64,000 bases of DNA from Octopus sinensis (GCF_006345805.1 NC_042998.1:141918001-141982000); one strand, 5' to 3'. Positions 38,347 through 52,507 are shown, numbered from the stretch's first letter. Numbers and translations are program-made. The notes: generated by a model not told the origin, from the letters alone.

Positions 38347-38640
38347 ATATATATAATATATATATATATAATATATATATGTATTTACACGCACACACAC
38401 GCACATATGACTGAACGTGTGGGATTGTGAATGTGTGAGTATATGTGCGTTTATCCCTCACCACTGTTTCACAGTTAGTGTTGTTAGTGTCTCCGAAACT
38501 TAGCGGTCCGACAAAAGGGACCGGTAGAAATCCATTTTTTAAAGCCTAAGTACTGGGATTGTTTTGTTTGACTAGGCTCCAGCATGGCCGCAGTCCAATA
38601 ACCGAGACAAATAAAAGATAAAATACGAAAGATATCTCTG
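37890..38640 (+). mobile_element. SINE family A interrupted by (TA)n and an unrelated insert
   Basis: Head at 37890-38040; tail CCAGCATGGCCGCAGTC near 38580. Confidence 0.6.
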
Positions 38641-40539
38641 TTGTGTATATGTGTCTGAGAAACAAATACATAAGAGTTGTCTGTTTGATGTCTCTTACAG
38701 GATGTACGTAAGAGAGAAGGAATACCAGAAAATGATGTAAGTGTGAGTTGGGAGAGTGTATTTTAAAGGTCTGACTGTGAGGCAAACCTTTGATCGCAAT
38801 TAAGACAGCCCTGGGAATTTTGAAATCAAAATTCATTTATAACGAAAATGGCAGATGTTTCCAGAATTTTCTGCTTGCATTTCGGCGCGAAAACTCTGAA
38901 GGTTCTTTTGATGTTTGTTGATTTTTTATCACATCCGCCACAAGTTGTGATTGGCTATAATATATGTCGGTGGGCGTGCTTCTTATTTACGTTGTGGTTT
39001 AACACTCACTGATGAAAATTGCCAAATATAGCAATATTGGGTAAACTGCGAATCTATATCTAAGCAAAGGCGTAGGATTAATTCTAAGGATATATCTGCT
39101 AAAGCTTAAAGCAAAAATAATCCACTTTAAATATTAGATTTTAAAATGTTTAACATTAAAGCATAATCTTACTCTGAAAACCACGCCTTCTGTAGGACAA
39201 TATGTTGCAATAATATAGGCGATACTCACTAAATAAACATTAGAAATATTTTGGAAACCCATTTTTGAAATCGAAATCAAGTCTAAGAGAAACAATATCT
39301 GACTAATGGAGATAATGCAGCAATAATGAAGTAGAGACTGGGAGATGGAGAGAAAGAGAGAGAAAGAAATCATCTCCAAACGTATTTCAATACCTGATTT
39401 GATACTTGATCTAAAGAGCATCAGAAGCTGGAAAAGTTTTGACATGGCCTACATACATTTTTTTTTTGTGATTGTCGGTTGACGTAACGCACTGTTTGAC
39501 GAGAGCCACGTTTAACATCCATTTAATGTGGATTAAGTGTCAAGGATTCCTTGCCAACAGAATAACAATATAATAATCTTCACGTAAAGACCAACAAATG
39601 ATTCCTCTCTCTATCACCTGACACGTGTCTGCTGCTAATAAATAAACTGTTTACCAGAACAGTTTATAGAATCGCAGTTAGATAATAAAACAATTAAAAA
39701 TATATAAAGAATAATAAGAAAGAATATTTCAAGCGGATTACTTCTCTCCATTAATTTTCGACTTGATGTTGACATCATTAACCAACATGTTAACCCAGAA
39801 TGGACTTCAATAGAAAAACTATGCGATAAAAACCAACCATCTTTTGTAAGCTGCAAATGGATCTCAACTAGAAGTACTGTCGCGGATGATACATTAATTT
39901 AATTGAGGAATTAGAGTAAGATTCAGATGAGAAAAATGAGGCAACCTTGATAAGAGGAAAATATATAACGAACACAAATACTATGCTAAATAAGAAACAG
40001 AGATAAGGGAATTAGACGAAATACATTACTTAAGTATCACTGAATTAGATAAAGTATATCATAAATAAATAAATAATGGAAAGGTTAGAGAAGAGTATTA
40101 GAGATGCATTAGTTTAATACTTAAATATGAAAAGAATAGATAATAGGCATCAATAGTCTAGTTTTATTAGTAATACCTGATCATTATAATGTTTTCAACG
40201 GGACGCTAAATAAATTAGCAAGAACATGTCACCGAAAATTTGGTACAAAAGGCTTCGTTTATGATACTGGTGTGTATAAAATATTGTATAAAAACATAGA
40301 ACAACAGCTATAATGGTTTGTCTCGAAAAAAACCCATCTAAGAGATTTACGTGTTAAAAATACAGGGCTTCATTCAGAACTCTGGTGGATCTTCAGAGAC
40401 AGTGTTTCCACATGTTTTGGTCTCCTCAGTGACGAATATTCTGAACGTTTTGAGTTCATGTTTGTTCAATATTGAAATCAATATTGAAAACATTTACTGA
40501 TTTGTGCAAAAGTTAGCCAAGTTAGACTTAAACCAATAT

Positions 40540-41230
40540 TCGCACTTGCGACAGCCTTAGATTAAATTCGACCTCGGCAGAATTTGAACTAAGAACGTGA
40601 AGATGGACGAAATGCCGCTAATCATTTTGCCCGGCGTGATAGCGATTCTGCCAGCTCGTCACCTTAAGGCTAGTTTTAATATCGATCTGTTTGCATCAAG
40701 CCCTCACCCGTGTCCGTATCTTACGATGGTGAGTATGAAATGTAATAAGTTTTCTAGGTTTCAATATCTTCATTTATGAAATTTCTAATTTATAACATTG
40801 ATTTCAGATTTTGGCACCAGACCAGTAATTTCGACGGAGGGGATAAGTCGGGTATATCGACCCCAGTACTCGACTGGTACTTATTTTGTCGACCCCAAGA
40901 GGATGAAAAGCAAAGTCGATCTCAGTGGAATTTGAATTCAGAACATGAAGTCTGACGAAATGCCGCTAAGCATTTTGCCCGGCGAGCTAACGATTCAGCC
41001 AACTCACCGCTCATCTAATTTAAAACATTCACATTGTGTATAACATTGTCTTTTATCCTTTCGGGGGTTGACAGAAAAAGTACTAATCCATACCGAATCT
41101 GTAACAATGTTGGACCAAATAATATGTGGTGTTTGTTCGGGATCTTTTCAGTCTGAGTTTAAATCCCACCAAATCAACCTCTGTCTTTCATCATTTCGGG
41201 GTCGATAAAATAGTACCAATACATGGCAGT
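40540..41230. mobile_element. Cluster of three SINE family B copies (-,-,+)
   Basis: GATTCTGCCAGCTCG heads at ~40645 and ~40990 on the minus strand; a plus-strand body at ~41085-41225. Confidence 0.7.
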
Positions 41231-41821
41231 GGAATGGTGGAATTGTAAAAACGTCAGGTCAGATACCTTGCGGTATTCGTACCAGCTCTTTTGTTCTGAG
41301 TTCAAACCCCACCATGACCTACTTGGAGTAGTAAACTCAACCGGTTTAATATTACCACATGGACTCTTTAGTGCATTTAGTGCAGTCCACTCTGTCGCAA
41401 ACATTCAGGCTCTCACAAGCATTCAAGCTATATCGCTGGTTTGAAGCTATCTTCCTCTCACCCTTGGAACACTGCATTCTCTCCAGTCTAAAAGATAAAA
41501 ATAATTGTATTTGTGGCGTTGATTTGATATCTTATTTTAAAAATTCAACTGATTTTTCTCTAGTAGCTTAGTTATATCTTATCAGTTTCTTGTACCCGTA
41601 AGTAGATGAAACTGATATGGATGGCTCTGTCCTAATTCCCTGATTTCATTCTCTAAATCTATTTTCATGGTTTCGTTTAAAATTCATTTACTTTTTCTTA
41701 GAATACATGTCTTCAATATAAGTGTTGAATCCATGTACAGTTCTCTATCTTGTTGTTTTTGTATCATCCATATACAGACAATAGTTTTTGATTTATCCTT
41801 AGAATTTATAATTTTTGCAGT

Positions 41822-42000
41822 TTTAATTTTAAATGATAGGCACAGCTGTGTGGCTAAGAAGATCACTTTGCAGCCTCGGGGTTCCGTGTTTCGGGTACCT
41901 TGGGCAAATGTTTTCTACTATAGCCTCGGGCCGATCCGTGCCTTGTGAGTGAATTTGGTTTGTCGAAAACCGTGTGGAAACCCGTCGTATTTATACATAC
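41822..42000 (+). mobile_element. SINE family A, 5' part
   Basis: Matches the family A head. Confidence 0.7.
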
Positions 42001-42094
42001 ATACATACATACATACATACATACATACAGACAGACAGACATGTGTGTGTGCGTGTGTGCGCACGCACGTGTGCATCAAAGGGTCAAAATCCTT

Positions 42095-42330
42095 CCCATG
42101 CCATAGACTCATAAGGCCGGTTTCCCGAATTTTGTGGCGTATATATATCCTGCCTCCATCACGGAAGGGATGCCGGTCCGCCGTAGGATTACTCATTTTT
42201 GCCAACTGAATGGACTGGAGCAAAGGAAAATGAGGCATTTTGTTCTAGACCACAATGTATCACCCGATCCAGGAATCGAAACTACAATCTTACGACAGTG
42301 AGTGCAACATCCTAACCACTAAACCACGCA
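42095..42330 (-). mobile_element. SINE family C
   Basis: Reverse complement of the 25707-type sequence. Confidence 0.75.
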
Positions 42331-42407
42331 CACATACTAACGCACATGCTCCACATACACATACTGACGCACATGCTCACACATGTATGTATACTTTTAT
42401 ATATGTT

Positions 42408-43475
42408 CTAGCAGAAATACCCGCCGTTGCCCGGGTTAAAGAGGTTAATGAAATTTAAAAACGCCGTCTAGATTACGCAGGTCTCAACTGCAAGTAACTG
42501 AGATACCAAATTTCTACATTTATACCTCTCCAACCCATGCCAGCGTGGAACATAGACGTTAAGTGAAATGTTAAAAGAAAGTATTCAATTTATATATGAA
42601 CTAGCATTAAAGACCTGTCGTTGCCGGGTCATAGTGCTAGTGCATGTATATATGTGTATATATATGTGTACATATTACATGTACATCTATATATATACAT
42701 CTACACATAAAATGCAAAATACAAAGTTATATCTTGATATCGCTAGTGATAACAATACTCAAAATATATAACAGACTGGAATTGTTAGCTCTTCTTTTTT
42801 CTCTACATTGTATACTTTATAGACAATAGTCTTTTCTTTAATTTAATTTTTTATTATCCATCTGGACTATTCCATTTCTGCACGCTAATTTTATTTTTAA
42901 TTTATTCCCATTCATGTGAAACCACTTATTCAAGTTCAAATCATTGATGCAATTTTATACCAATTGCTATTTTTACTTTTGTATGTTACGATTATATTAT
43001 ACTTTAGTTTGATTTTAATTATTACTTACTACATATAATTCAATTGTTATTATTATTTTTATTGTTAAAATGAAAGCATCTGACATAAAATAGAGAAATA
43101 TTTTTGTTTCACTTTTAACACGTAATACTGAAATAGTGGAGAAGATATGATATTGCTATGGGCTCGCTCTAGGCAAGAAGTTGAACATTTTTTTTTGCCC
43201 ATGAAACTACATGGACCCTAAGTAAGGCATGTGTAAAATTTGAATGAAATTGGTTGTGTAGTTCTCAAGTTTTAGGGAATCGTAGTGGAGAAGATATGAT
43301 ATTGCTGTGGGCTCGCTCTTGGCAAAAAGTTAAAATTTCTTGCCGATGACACTCCCCGGACCCTAAGTAAGGCATGTGTAAAATTTGAATGAAATTGGTT
43401 GTGTAGTTCTCAAGTTTTAGGGAAACACACAGACAGACAGACAGATACACATTCTCAGTTATATATATATAAAGA
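42408..43475 (-). mobile_element. Non-autonomous Helitron with two stacked 3' ends
   Basis: Minus-strand 3' hairpin CCCGGGCAACGGCGGG then CTAG at 42408; a second hairpin and CTAG at 42601; 5' TC end near 43475; internal partial duplication ~43285-43420; homologous to 3324-3793. Confidence 0.8.
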
Positions 43476-43559
43476 TATACAGTAAATACATGTAATTCAA
43501 AAACACATTTTGTGTAGCTTATTTCATAACCAAAAAACAAGTACTGATTATAAGCAATG

Positions 43560-44110
43560 AAAGGCCGATTTTGGTGATTCATTTTACAGAGGTAGTAGAG
43601 GGTCAATCTGATGATAAATCTGACCTTGGATTTTGAAAGTTTGCATGAATCCTGGCTCAGTTCAATCTCTTGTGGCTCCAAATGATGTCATCTGTAGTGT
43701 AGATTGCTCTGGAGGTTGGGCTATTGCGGGGAGTTTAACCTTTCCACCAGTATAAGTGTCTCTTCAGGCCACTTCCTTGCTTTACAATGTATGCACTCAG
43801 TTGTCATTGCACCAATGGAAACTCTAGTGCCATCTGCATAATGAACTGCTGGATCATAACGGAAAGCTGCTTCATAGAAGTTGCTTCTCTGAGCTGTTAC
43901 AACTGCTCTTCGTTCTGCAGTGAAGATCCTATTCCTTCTCAGCCGTGTATACCTTTGTTCACTTTGAGATGCTCTGGTTTTTCTAATACAGATTCTCTTC
44001 GTTTCTTGGTATGCTTCCCTTTCTGCAGCTGTCTCTCTTTCCCTGGACAGAGACATTCTTTTGGCTGACTTTGACAAATTTGACACTTTCCTTCTAGGCA
44101 TGGTTATATA
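43560..44110 (-). pseudogene. Helitron RepHel N-terminal fragment
   Basis: MPRRK..AAFRYDP..VSIGAMTTECIHCKARKWPEE, then frameshifted GGKVKLPAIAQPPE and TLQMTSFGA..GFMQTFKIQGQIYHQI. Confidence 0.85.
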
Positions 44111-44713
44111 CATATACAGAAATATACGGTTAGAGAAGATAGTGAACAATGAAAATAACTGGGTAAAGGAAATTATATTTCGTAATACGACGGGCAGAAA
44201 GTAAATAAGAAATTTTTACAGAAAATAAAGAATTGTATGGGTTGAAGTGAGAGAGCCAGTATCGAAGGAACCAGAAAACAGCCGTTAACAGAAAGACACA
44301 AAACCGTTGTAAAAGTAAAAAAGGAATTTTTAGGGAAAGTAACTAACTGTACGGGTTTAAGTGAAATTTTTGAAGTTACTTCTGTCATTAATTTATGAAC
44401 TTACCTTTATAAGTAATTCCGTCAACAAAAAAGAAAAAAGAAAAGAAAAGAAAAAAACGTTGCAAAAGGAAATAAGAATGTATATACAAATTTAACGAAG
44501 TGTTCGGATTGAACTGAAATTTATAAAGTTACTTCTGTCAGTAAATTATGTATGAAATTACTTTCATCAGTAACTGTGAACTTCTTTCTGTCAATAATTT
44601 GTCGTTGTTTGTAAATAGCGATTGAAAACTTAGTGAAAACAACAGCGATTGAACATAAAGTAAAAACAATAGCGTCTGAAAAATGAAAGTGAAAACAATA
44701 GAGAGTGAGTAAG

Positions 44714-44780
<67 letters not shown>

Positions 44781-44786
44781 ATATAT

Positions 44787-44839
<53 letters not shown>

Positions 44840-44863
44840 AGCTAGTTAGACAAATAAGATAGA

Positions 44864-45393
<530 letters not shown>

Positions 45394-45404
45394 ATATACA
45401 TATT

Positions 45405-45610
45405 CTTTTATTCTTTTATGTTTCAATCATTTGACTGCAGCCATGCTGGAGCACCACCTTTAGTCGAAGAAATCAACCCCAGGACTTATTCTTTGTTAGC
45501 CTAGTACTTATTCTATTGGTCTCTTTTTTGCCGAACCACTAAGTTACAGGGATGTAAACACACCAGCATCGGTTGTCAAGCAATTTTGGCAGTGACAAAC
45601 ACAGGCACAC
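45405..45610 (-). mobile_element. SINE family A, 3' part
   Basis: Matches the family A tail. Confidence 0.8.
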
Positions 45611-45637
45611 ACACACAAACACGTATATATATATATA

Positions 45638-45868
45638 ATGCGGCGAGCTGGCAGAAACGTTAGCGCGCCGGGCGAAATGCTTAGCGGTATTTCGTCTGTC
45701 GTTACGTTCTGAGTTCAAATTTCGCCGAGGTCGACTTTGCCTTTCATCCTCTCGGGGTCGATAAATAAAGTACCAGTTTCGCACTGGGTTGATGTAATCG
45801 ACTTAATCTGTTTGTCTGTCCTTGTTTGTCCCCTCTATGTTTAGCCCCTTGTGGGTAGTAAAGAAATA
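45638..45868 (+). mobile_element. Young SINE family B with CCTTGTGGGTAGTAAAGAAATA tail
   Basis: Clean head and body; tail 45826-45868 matches the 3' end of ORF1-only element copy 2. Confidence 0.88.
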
Positions 45869-45909
45869 TATATATATATATATTATTTTTCTAATTTGTA
45901 TATATATAT

Positions 45910-46675
45910 ATTTCATGCAATTTACGCATGCTTGCACGCGTGGTGAACCAGTTCACGTCAAACAGCTGACTGAGTAAAGTTCACTATTCAATGCATGGGA
46001 TAAGGCCTAAACAAACACATTATCAATTTTTGCACTTGCGAGATGAATTTCGGAACAGAAATAGCGCAGTTCAATTTTCATTCGCTTAAACTTTAAGTGA
46101 CCCATTTTTGGTGGTTCTACGATTTGTTGGTTAGGAGGAGGTGTGCCGGGAAGTTAAACACACAGATACACACACAGACACACAAGTTGAGTTTTATATA
46201 TATATATATAGATAGGTAGATAAGATATAAACAGATACAGAGAGAGAGATATAAAGATAGAGATGGATAGAGATATATAGAATGACAGAGATAGATAGAG
46301 ATTGATAGAGAGATATAGACATTACTGACGATAGAAAACCGAAAGTAAATATTTTTTTAAACTTTCAAACACGTGATCTAATTTAAAAAGCAATATTTTA
46401 AAATCTTTTTTTATGACCAATGGATGTAAAGGTGACAATTTCTGAAAGTTACTTCGCAAAGAGTTACCTCCCTTCCTCACGTAACCCAGGAACTGGTACT
46501 TTCTGACAGCAGGGGGCCCGTTACCCATTATGTGAAAAATTTTAACAGTCTAAAACCATCCCTGGAACATAAGTAATGTATGTTCCCAGTTTGGAGAAAA
46601 TCAGTTGAAAAATACGGCCGTTATAATCTTTTACACACACACGCACACACAGAACGGGATTTATATTATAGATAA
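45910..46675 (-). mobile_element. Two further Helitron-like non-autonomous fragments
   Basis: Minus-strand TCTATA.. 5' ends followed by (TG)n near 46213 and 46670. Confidence 0.45.
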
Positions 46676-48093
46676 GTGCATGGATGGATGATTAGAGGTA
46701 TGGGTGGGTAGATGGGTAGATAGGTGGATGGATGGGTAAATGGATGGATGATTAGCTGGATGGATGGATGTGTTTTTGTGTCTATGTTTGTCACCGTCAC
46801 TGTTTTACTATCATTGCTGGTTTGTGTACCTACCCGCAACCTAGCAGTTCAGCAAAAGAACCGACAGAATTAGTACTGGGTTTAAAAATAAATACTGGGG
46901 TCGATTAAATTCGACTTACAGCCCTTTAAAGCGGTCCCTATCAGGACCGTAGCCTAATGACTGAAAGAAGTAAAAGATGAAAGATAAAGATATTTCTTTT
47001 GATATAGAGCCGCTTGATATGAACCCTGGTTCTGTGACACAAACTTCCTATTATAAATTTATCTAAATTTTAACATTCTTTAGCGATGTTGTAAATAGTG
47101 CAATGAGGCTAAAAAATCTGGTAGTATTATATCTCCAGGTTTAATAAAAGTCAGGATAAAGAACATCAAGAAATACGAATACAAGATAAATTTGTCTGCA
47201 ACATTTATTCCACCGCTAAATGGAAATTCGGCAAATTGGTATAACAGGAATAAATCTGTCAAATAAAACACATACGTTCATTGTGCTCCTTGAAGATGAA
47301 GATGTACCCTGGAAAAACAAAAAAATAGCGTCAAAGAATCCTGCTAGCAATCCTTTCCTTACTGACAAAACACACACTCAAGAAAATTATTATTTACCTG
47401 AGGCTCAAAACGACCGCACTTTTGGCTGTGGTGGGAAAAGGTCTGATTGGATGACTTAACGCATCCAATCGGCACGCACAGGAATGGTCATGTGACCACT
47501 CGCAGCAAAAGCCTTGCTGGAGCCAAAAAGGGACTATTTAAGGCTAAACAACCAAAACTTGAACATCACATCGCTACACTTCCATCAAAATTTCTTAATA
47601 ATTCAAGCTCCAGACACCAACATAATAATGATAAATATATTTTAGGAAATTCTTCATTACTTTCAAAATTAATTAAAACAAAGTGTTTTTCCATAGAAAA
47701 ATGGTAACAGGATCAATGGGATCAGAGATTGAAAGAAAATTTATGGCGATAAAGAGACTCCCTGAAATATTTTCCCAATAGGGCTGGTATATATCCCTTT
47801 ATCTTGCAGTGTTATCAATATTTTGTTGTTCGCATGAAGCTCCAACTCCACTGTCATACTGATTCGAGCTGAGAATTAGGTAAAGAATTACACGTAAATT
47901 TGCGGAATATTCAGCCACTTAAATATTAATTCAATGAACAAGCAATTCATGTGATCGAACAACTAAGTACTCACTGTCGAAACTCACGAAGAGCCATGTC
48001 GCTACTGAGTAAAAATTACAACTTTTCATATTCACAATTTGGTATAATTATCTCGAGGCAGAAAATAAGTGAAGATAATCAAGGAAGTTCCAC

Positions 48094-51000
48094 AAAACTT
48101 AGATAAAACTTAGATAAAACTTAGATATGTTTCGACCAAAGATTGGTCCAGGCCATGTCTAACTTAATAGCACCACCTGATAGGATTATTCGAATCCTGT
48201 TTAAGTCAAGTTTTGTTTAAGTCAAGTTTTGTTCAAGTAGTGAGTTCTTGTTGGGTGAGTTGTATCCAATTATGGGTGGCTTATCTGGTATTCTTTGAAG
48301 GAATCTATCTAGACTCCGTTTAAAGTTGATGGGATCCTTTTCCTCTTTGATCTCCCTGGGGACAATGTTAAATAGGGCAGGGCCTGTTGAGGAAAAGAAA
48401 TTATGTTGCAGTGTACATGTATGTTGTGATCTTGAATTGGGCAGGGGACGTATGGCCCGTGGTCCCAGTCTTGGATGAACCTTGAAGCTAATGTTAAGGT
48501 CGTTTGGGCAAAGTTGGCGGTATATTCTCCACATCGTACAAATGATGTACCGCTCACGGCGACGCTGGAGGGAGTAAAGTTTCAAGGCTTTAAGGCGATC
48601 CCAATAATCGAGAGCAGCCATGCCTTCAATTCGTTTAGTGAGTGCCCTCTGGGGTGACTCAATTCTGGAGATGTTTTGTCTTGTGTGAGGAGACCACAGT
48701 GGGCAGCAGTATTCAAGGTGTGGCCGTACAAAGGAGGAAAAAAGTGGTATGATGACACCTTGTTCTCTGGACCGGAAAGTTCTTAAGATCTAGGAACTCA
48801 TCCTACGAGCTATATCGACCTTCTTGTTGATGTGTGCACTCCGAGATCGTCATCAACAATTACACCCAGGTCTCTGATATTGTTAGAGGCTGTGAGCGGT
48901 TCCCCTGAAGGAAGAGAGTTTGGTTGTTTTAGTGAGGAATTTCTTCCAAAATGCATCAGCTCAAATTTTCCCTCATTCAGTTGAATTTTGTTTCTGTCTG
49001 CCCATTGACTCACAACATATAGATCAGACTGGAGTTGAGTTCGGTCTGCTTCTTCATTGACGATTTGCTGGAGCTTAGTGTCATCAGCAAAAATGTTCAC
49101 TTTGCAGTAATGTACAGCACTGGAAAGGTCGTTTATGTAAATTATGAAGAGTAGCGGACCCAAAACAGTCCCCTGGGGAACACCGCTGGTGACTTTTGCT
49201 GGGCTTGAGTGGACTCCATCAACTACATGTTGTGTTCTATTCGCCAGGAAATACTTAATCCAGTGTAGAACTTTTCCACGGATTCCAACATTTGCCAATT
49301 TTGAGAGTAGGATATTATGGTCTACCCTGTCGAACGCTTTACTGAAGTCAAGATATATGACGTCATAGTTCGAACCTGTTCCCAAGGCTTTGAGTACATC
49401 TTCAATGTGGTGTAAGAGCTTTGTTAGATAGTCCCTACCACAGCGAAAGCCATACTGATTTGCATTTAGGAGTTTGTTGGTCTCCAGGAAGTCAGCTATC
49501 CTTGGCCTTAACACTCTTTCAAACACTTTAATGATGTGGGAGGTGAGTGAGATTGGGCGATAGTTGACTGCGAGGGATCTGTTTCCCTGTTTGAAAACCG
49601 GGATGACCGACTGGGATAGAAACTGTTTCGGTATATAACCTGCGTCTAACGAATTTCTCCAGAGGTTGGTCAGAGGGACTGCAAGTTGGTGTCTACATTC
49701 CTTCAGGAGACTAGCGGGGAATCTATCAGGGCCTACAGCAGAGTAATATTTGACCTCATTTATTGCTGCTACGATGTCAGTGGCAGTGAAGGTTATGTAT
49801 GAGATTTTATGTTGGGAGTCAACTTCGTTCGTTTCTCTTACGTCAATATCAGTGGGAACACTAAAGACAGAGCAGTATTGTTTCTGCAGTATTTCTGCCA
49901 TTTCTTTAGCATCGTGTTGGGGAATGCCGTTATCATCAATCAATGGCCCAATGGGTGAGACAGTGGTTCTATGCTTATTTGCATAAGAATAGAACACTTT
50001 TGGGTTCTGTTTGATGTTTTTGATTACCCACTGTTCCTCCACAGCTCTTTGATTTTCAATGGAGGTTTTCATGTTGGTCTGCAGATGAAGTTTTTCCAGC
50101 TCTAGTCTTTTCATTGTTGTTGAATGTGGATGTTGTGTGTGGGAATATTTTAATTGGTTGATTTTTTTGTTGAGTCTTTTGATGCACCTGATGAGTGTTT
50201 TTTTCTTTTTAGGGAGCCGGTTTCTGTTTGTGTTAGTAGATCTTGTGGGAGCGTGTTTAGAGTATGTATAGGTGACAATGTTTTCAAAGTGCTGCCACGC
50301 GGTCTCAATATGAGAGGAATTGAGAGTAAAAGACCAGTCGATGGAAGACAGATCCTTTCTGATTGCTCCCCAGTCCGCTTTGTGGAAGTTTATGTTGTCA
50401 AATGGGTGCCATGGAGTGGGATTGGCTGGTTTGGTTTTTATATGTCGGGAATTAAAATTGTAGAATACCATGTCGTGGTCTGAGAGGAGAGTTTTTTCGA
50501 CTGAAATACTGTGAACGTAGCTAGAGTGATTGGTCAATACCAGATCCAAGATCGTTTTATTCTGTCTCGTTGGTTCGAGCACTAGCTGAGTCAGGAAATA
50601 CTCATCCATCAGATTAAAGAGCAGTTCTGCTGCTGCTCTATCTGATGTAGAGCACTTGCCTAACTTCAGAGTATTTGTGGGCCAGTTCACATGAGGGAGG
50701 TTAAAATCACCCATCACTAGTATGTTTCCGGAGTGGTACTTCCGAAGGAAGGACTTGACTTTGCTAAGGCACTCTTCAAAGTACTTTAGAGGTGCCTGGG
50801 GAGGCCTGTAAAGACCAACAATGGTTATGTCCTTGGCTTTGTTGTATAGTGATACCGATTCACAGTAGCCATTGGAAAATATGTTCTTGGCATCAAGTGA
50901 AAAGGAGTCATTGATAAAGATGGCTGTCCCTCCCTTATTTCGGTCTGTGCGATCCGCACGAACAATGGTGAAATCTTTTATTTTCACCTCTGCGTCCATA

Positions 51001-51191
51001 TGGGTGTTGTTCAGGTGAGTCTCGGTAAGGATAAAGAAAGGGAAGCAATGTGCCACTTCGGCAAGCCAACTCTCTATATATGGGATCTTCCATTTTTGGG
51101 CAATAATTGATGGGTTGATGCCACGTACATTTAACAGGAATGTCGAGGTAAGGGAAGTTGGTAATGGGTGAGTGGTCCTTGTGATATACAA
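48094..51191 (-). mobile_element. Nearly intact CR1/L2-type LINE, ORF2 plus 3' UTR, 5'-truncated
   Basis: ORF2 motifs as in the CDS entry below. C-terminal part in 48217-48621. 3' tail is (ATCTAAGTTTT)x3 at 48094-48126, a tandem-repeat tail typical of CR1/L2. Confidence 0.9.
48810..51191 (-). CDS. LINE ORF2: APE endonuclease plus reverse transcriptase (793-aa open frame; C-terminus continues after a frameshift and a stop)
   Basis: LNVRGI, LTETHL, LYRPP, VMGDFNLP, LDLVLT, SDHD (APE); NYRPISLTS, YGFR.GR, YLDFSKAFDRVDH, GVPQGTVLGPLLF, IFADDTKL (RT). Confidence 0.9.
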   Translation of the reverse strand: MYITRTTHPLPTSLTSTFLLNVRGINPSIIAQKWKIPYIESWLAEVAHCFPFFILTETHLNNTHMDAEVKIKDFTIVRADRTDRNKGGTAIFINDSFSLDAKNIFSNGYCESVSLYNKAKDITIVGLYRPPQAPLKYFEECLSKVKSFLRKYHSGNILVMGDFNLPHVNWPTNTLKLGKCSTSDRAAAELLFNLMDEYFLTQLVLEPTRQNKTILDLVLTNHSSYVHSISVEKTLLSDHDMVFYNFNSRHIKTKPANPTPWHPFDNINFHKADWGAIRKDLSSIDWSFTLNSSHIETAWQHFENIVTYTYSKHAPTRSTNTNRNRLPKKKKTLIRCIKRLNKKINQLKYSHTQHPHSTTMKRLELEKLHLQTNMKTSIENQRAVEEQWVIKNIKQNPKVFYSYANKHRTTVSPIGPLIDDNGIPQHDAKEMAEILQKQYCSVFSVPTDIDVRETNEVDSQHKISYITFTATDIVAAINEVKYYSAVGPDRFPASLLKECRHQLAVPLTNLWRNSLDAGYIPKQFLSQSVIPVFKQGNRSLAVNYRPISLTSHIIKVFERVLRPRIADFLETNKLLNANQYGFRCGRDYLTKLLHHIEDVLKALGTGSNYDVIYLDFSKAFDRVDHNILLSKLANVGIRGKVLHWIKYFLANRTQHVVDGVHSSPAKVTSGVPQGTVLGPLLFIIYINDLSSAVHYCKVNIFADDTKLQQIVNEEADRTQLQSDLYVVSQWADRNKIQLNEGKFELMHFGRNSSLKQPNSLPSGEPLTASNNIRDLGVIVDDDLGVHTSTRRSI

Positions 51192-51195
51192 ATGT

Positions 51196-51263
<68 letters not shown>

Positions 51264-51522
51264 TGTCCCTAATTAATTTCATAGTTACATAAAACCCATT
51301 TATGGTTCGATCATTATAATTTTAAGCTCAGGAACAATATTAACGATGATTCCTATTTTTGTTCTGTACAATCTTCATCGATTTAGTTAACCCTCCTGAG
51401 ACCAGGGGAATCAACAAAGTTCAGATATTTAGTGTTTAGCAAAATATATAATTTTTAACCAACGCAATGAGATTGTGTGACATTCATACCTTTCGTAAAT
51501 AACGTTTATTACATTAACAGTG

Positions 51523-51830
51523 CATCTGTGATACCTCCTCACTCTATATGTACTAGGAAGCTAGCAACCTAATCTGCGTTATAGAAACCAACACTAAAAT
51601 TTTATCTGTGGTACCTCCTCGGTCTATTTGTGATAGAAAGGTACCTAATCTGCGTTATGGAAACCAACACTAAAATCTTATCTGTGGTACAGCCTCAGTC
51701 TATGTGTGTTAGGAAGGTACCTTATCTCCGTTATAGAGAACCAACGCTTAAATGTTATCTGTGACATCTCCTGAGTATAGGTGTGTTGGAGACATGTAAT
51801 CTAATACAGTGTATTAGGAAGACTAATGTC
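51523..51830 (+). repeat. Degenerate ~76-bp minisatellite, about 4 copies
   Basis: TATCTGTG..ACCT....CTAT.TGTG.TAG.AAGGTACCT.ATCT.CGTTAT.GAAACCAAC recurs from ~51523, ~51602, ~51679 and ~51756. Confidence 0.8.
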
Positions 51831-52507
51831 AAAATCTTAAATAGTCATGGCAACATTTAAACAATTATCAAGTAGTTGAATGTGTTGAAGATTTGGATCC
51901 AACCTACTGACCTGTTTGAGACATTCTCAAGATTTCACTCCTAATACTTTGAAACATCAGACAAAAAGAAAAAAAAGGACAAGACAAAAAAAAAAAAAAT
52001 AACAATCAGTGAGACGACATAACTCAGACGCAGCCATGCGATTCAATTTCCGACTAAGAAACGACGTGGGTTCGTTGAAACACTTTATTTCCGATTGAAT
52101 GATTTTAGTCGGTTTTGTTACGCCCCTTTATCTCAGCATGAATCTATGTGTATGTATGTTTATATATATGTATGTATGCATGCATGCATATATGCTTGTA
52201 TGTATGTGTGAATGCACATATGTATATATGCCTGTATGTATGCGTTTATGTATGCATGCATGTATGTATGTACGTACAAATATATAAATTTATACATATA
52301 TATAAATATATATGTATATATATATACAATATACATACTTAGGCATGCATATATATATATATATATATATATACATTTATTTTATAGTGTATACTTGGGG
52401 TTGTAAAGTGTTTTTTCTTTCCTGTACACTTCATTGCTTACTACATTATCCCTCAGCTGGCGATACACATACATGTATGTGTATACATACATACATACAT
52501 ACATACA

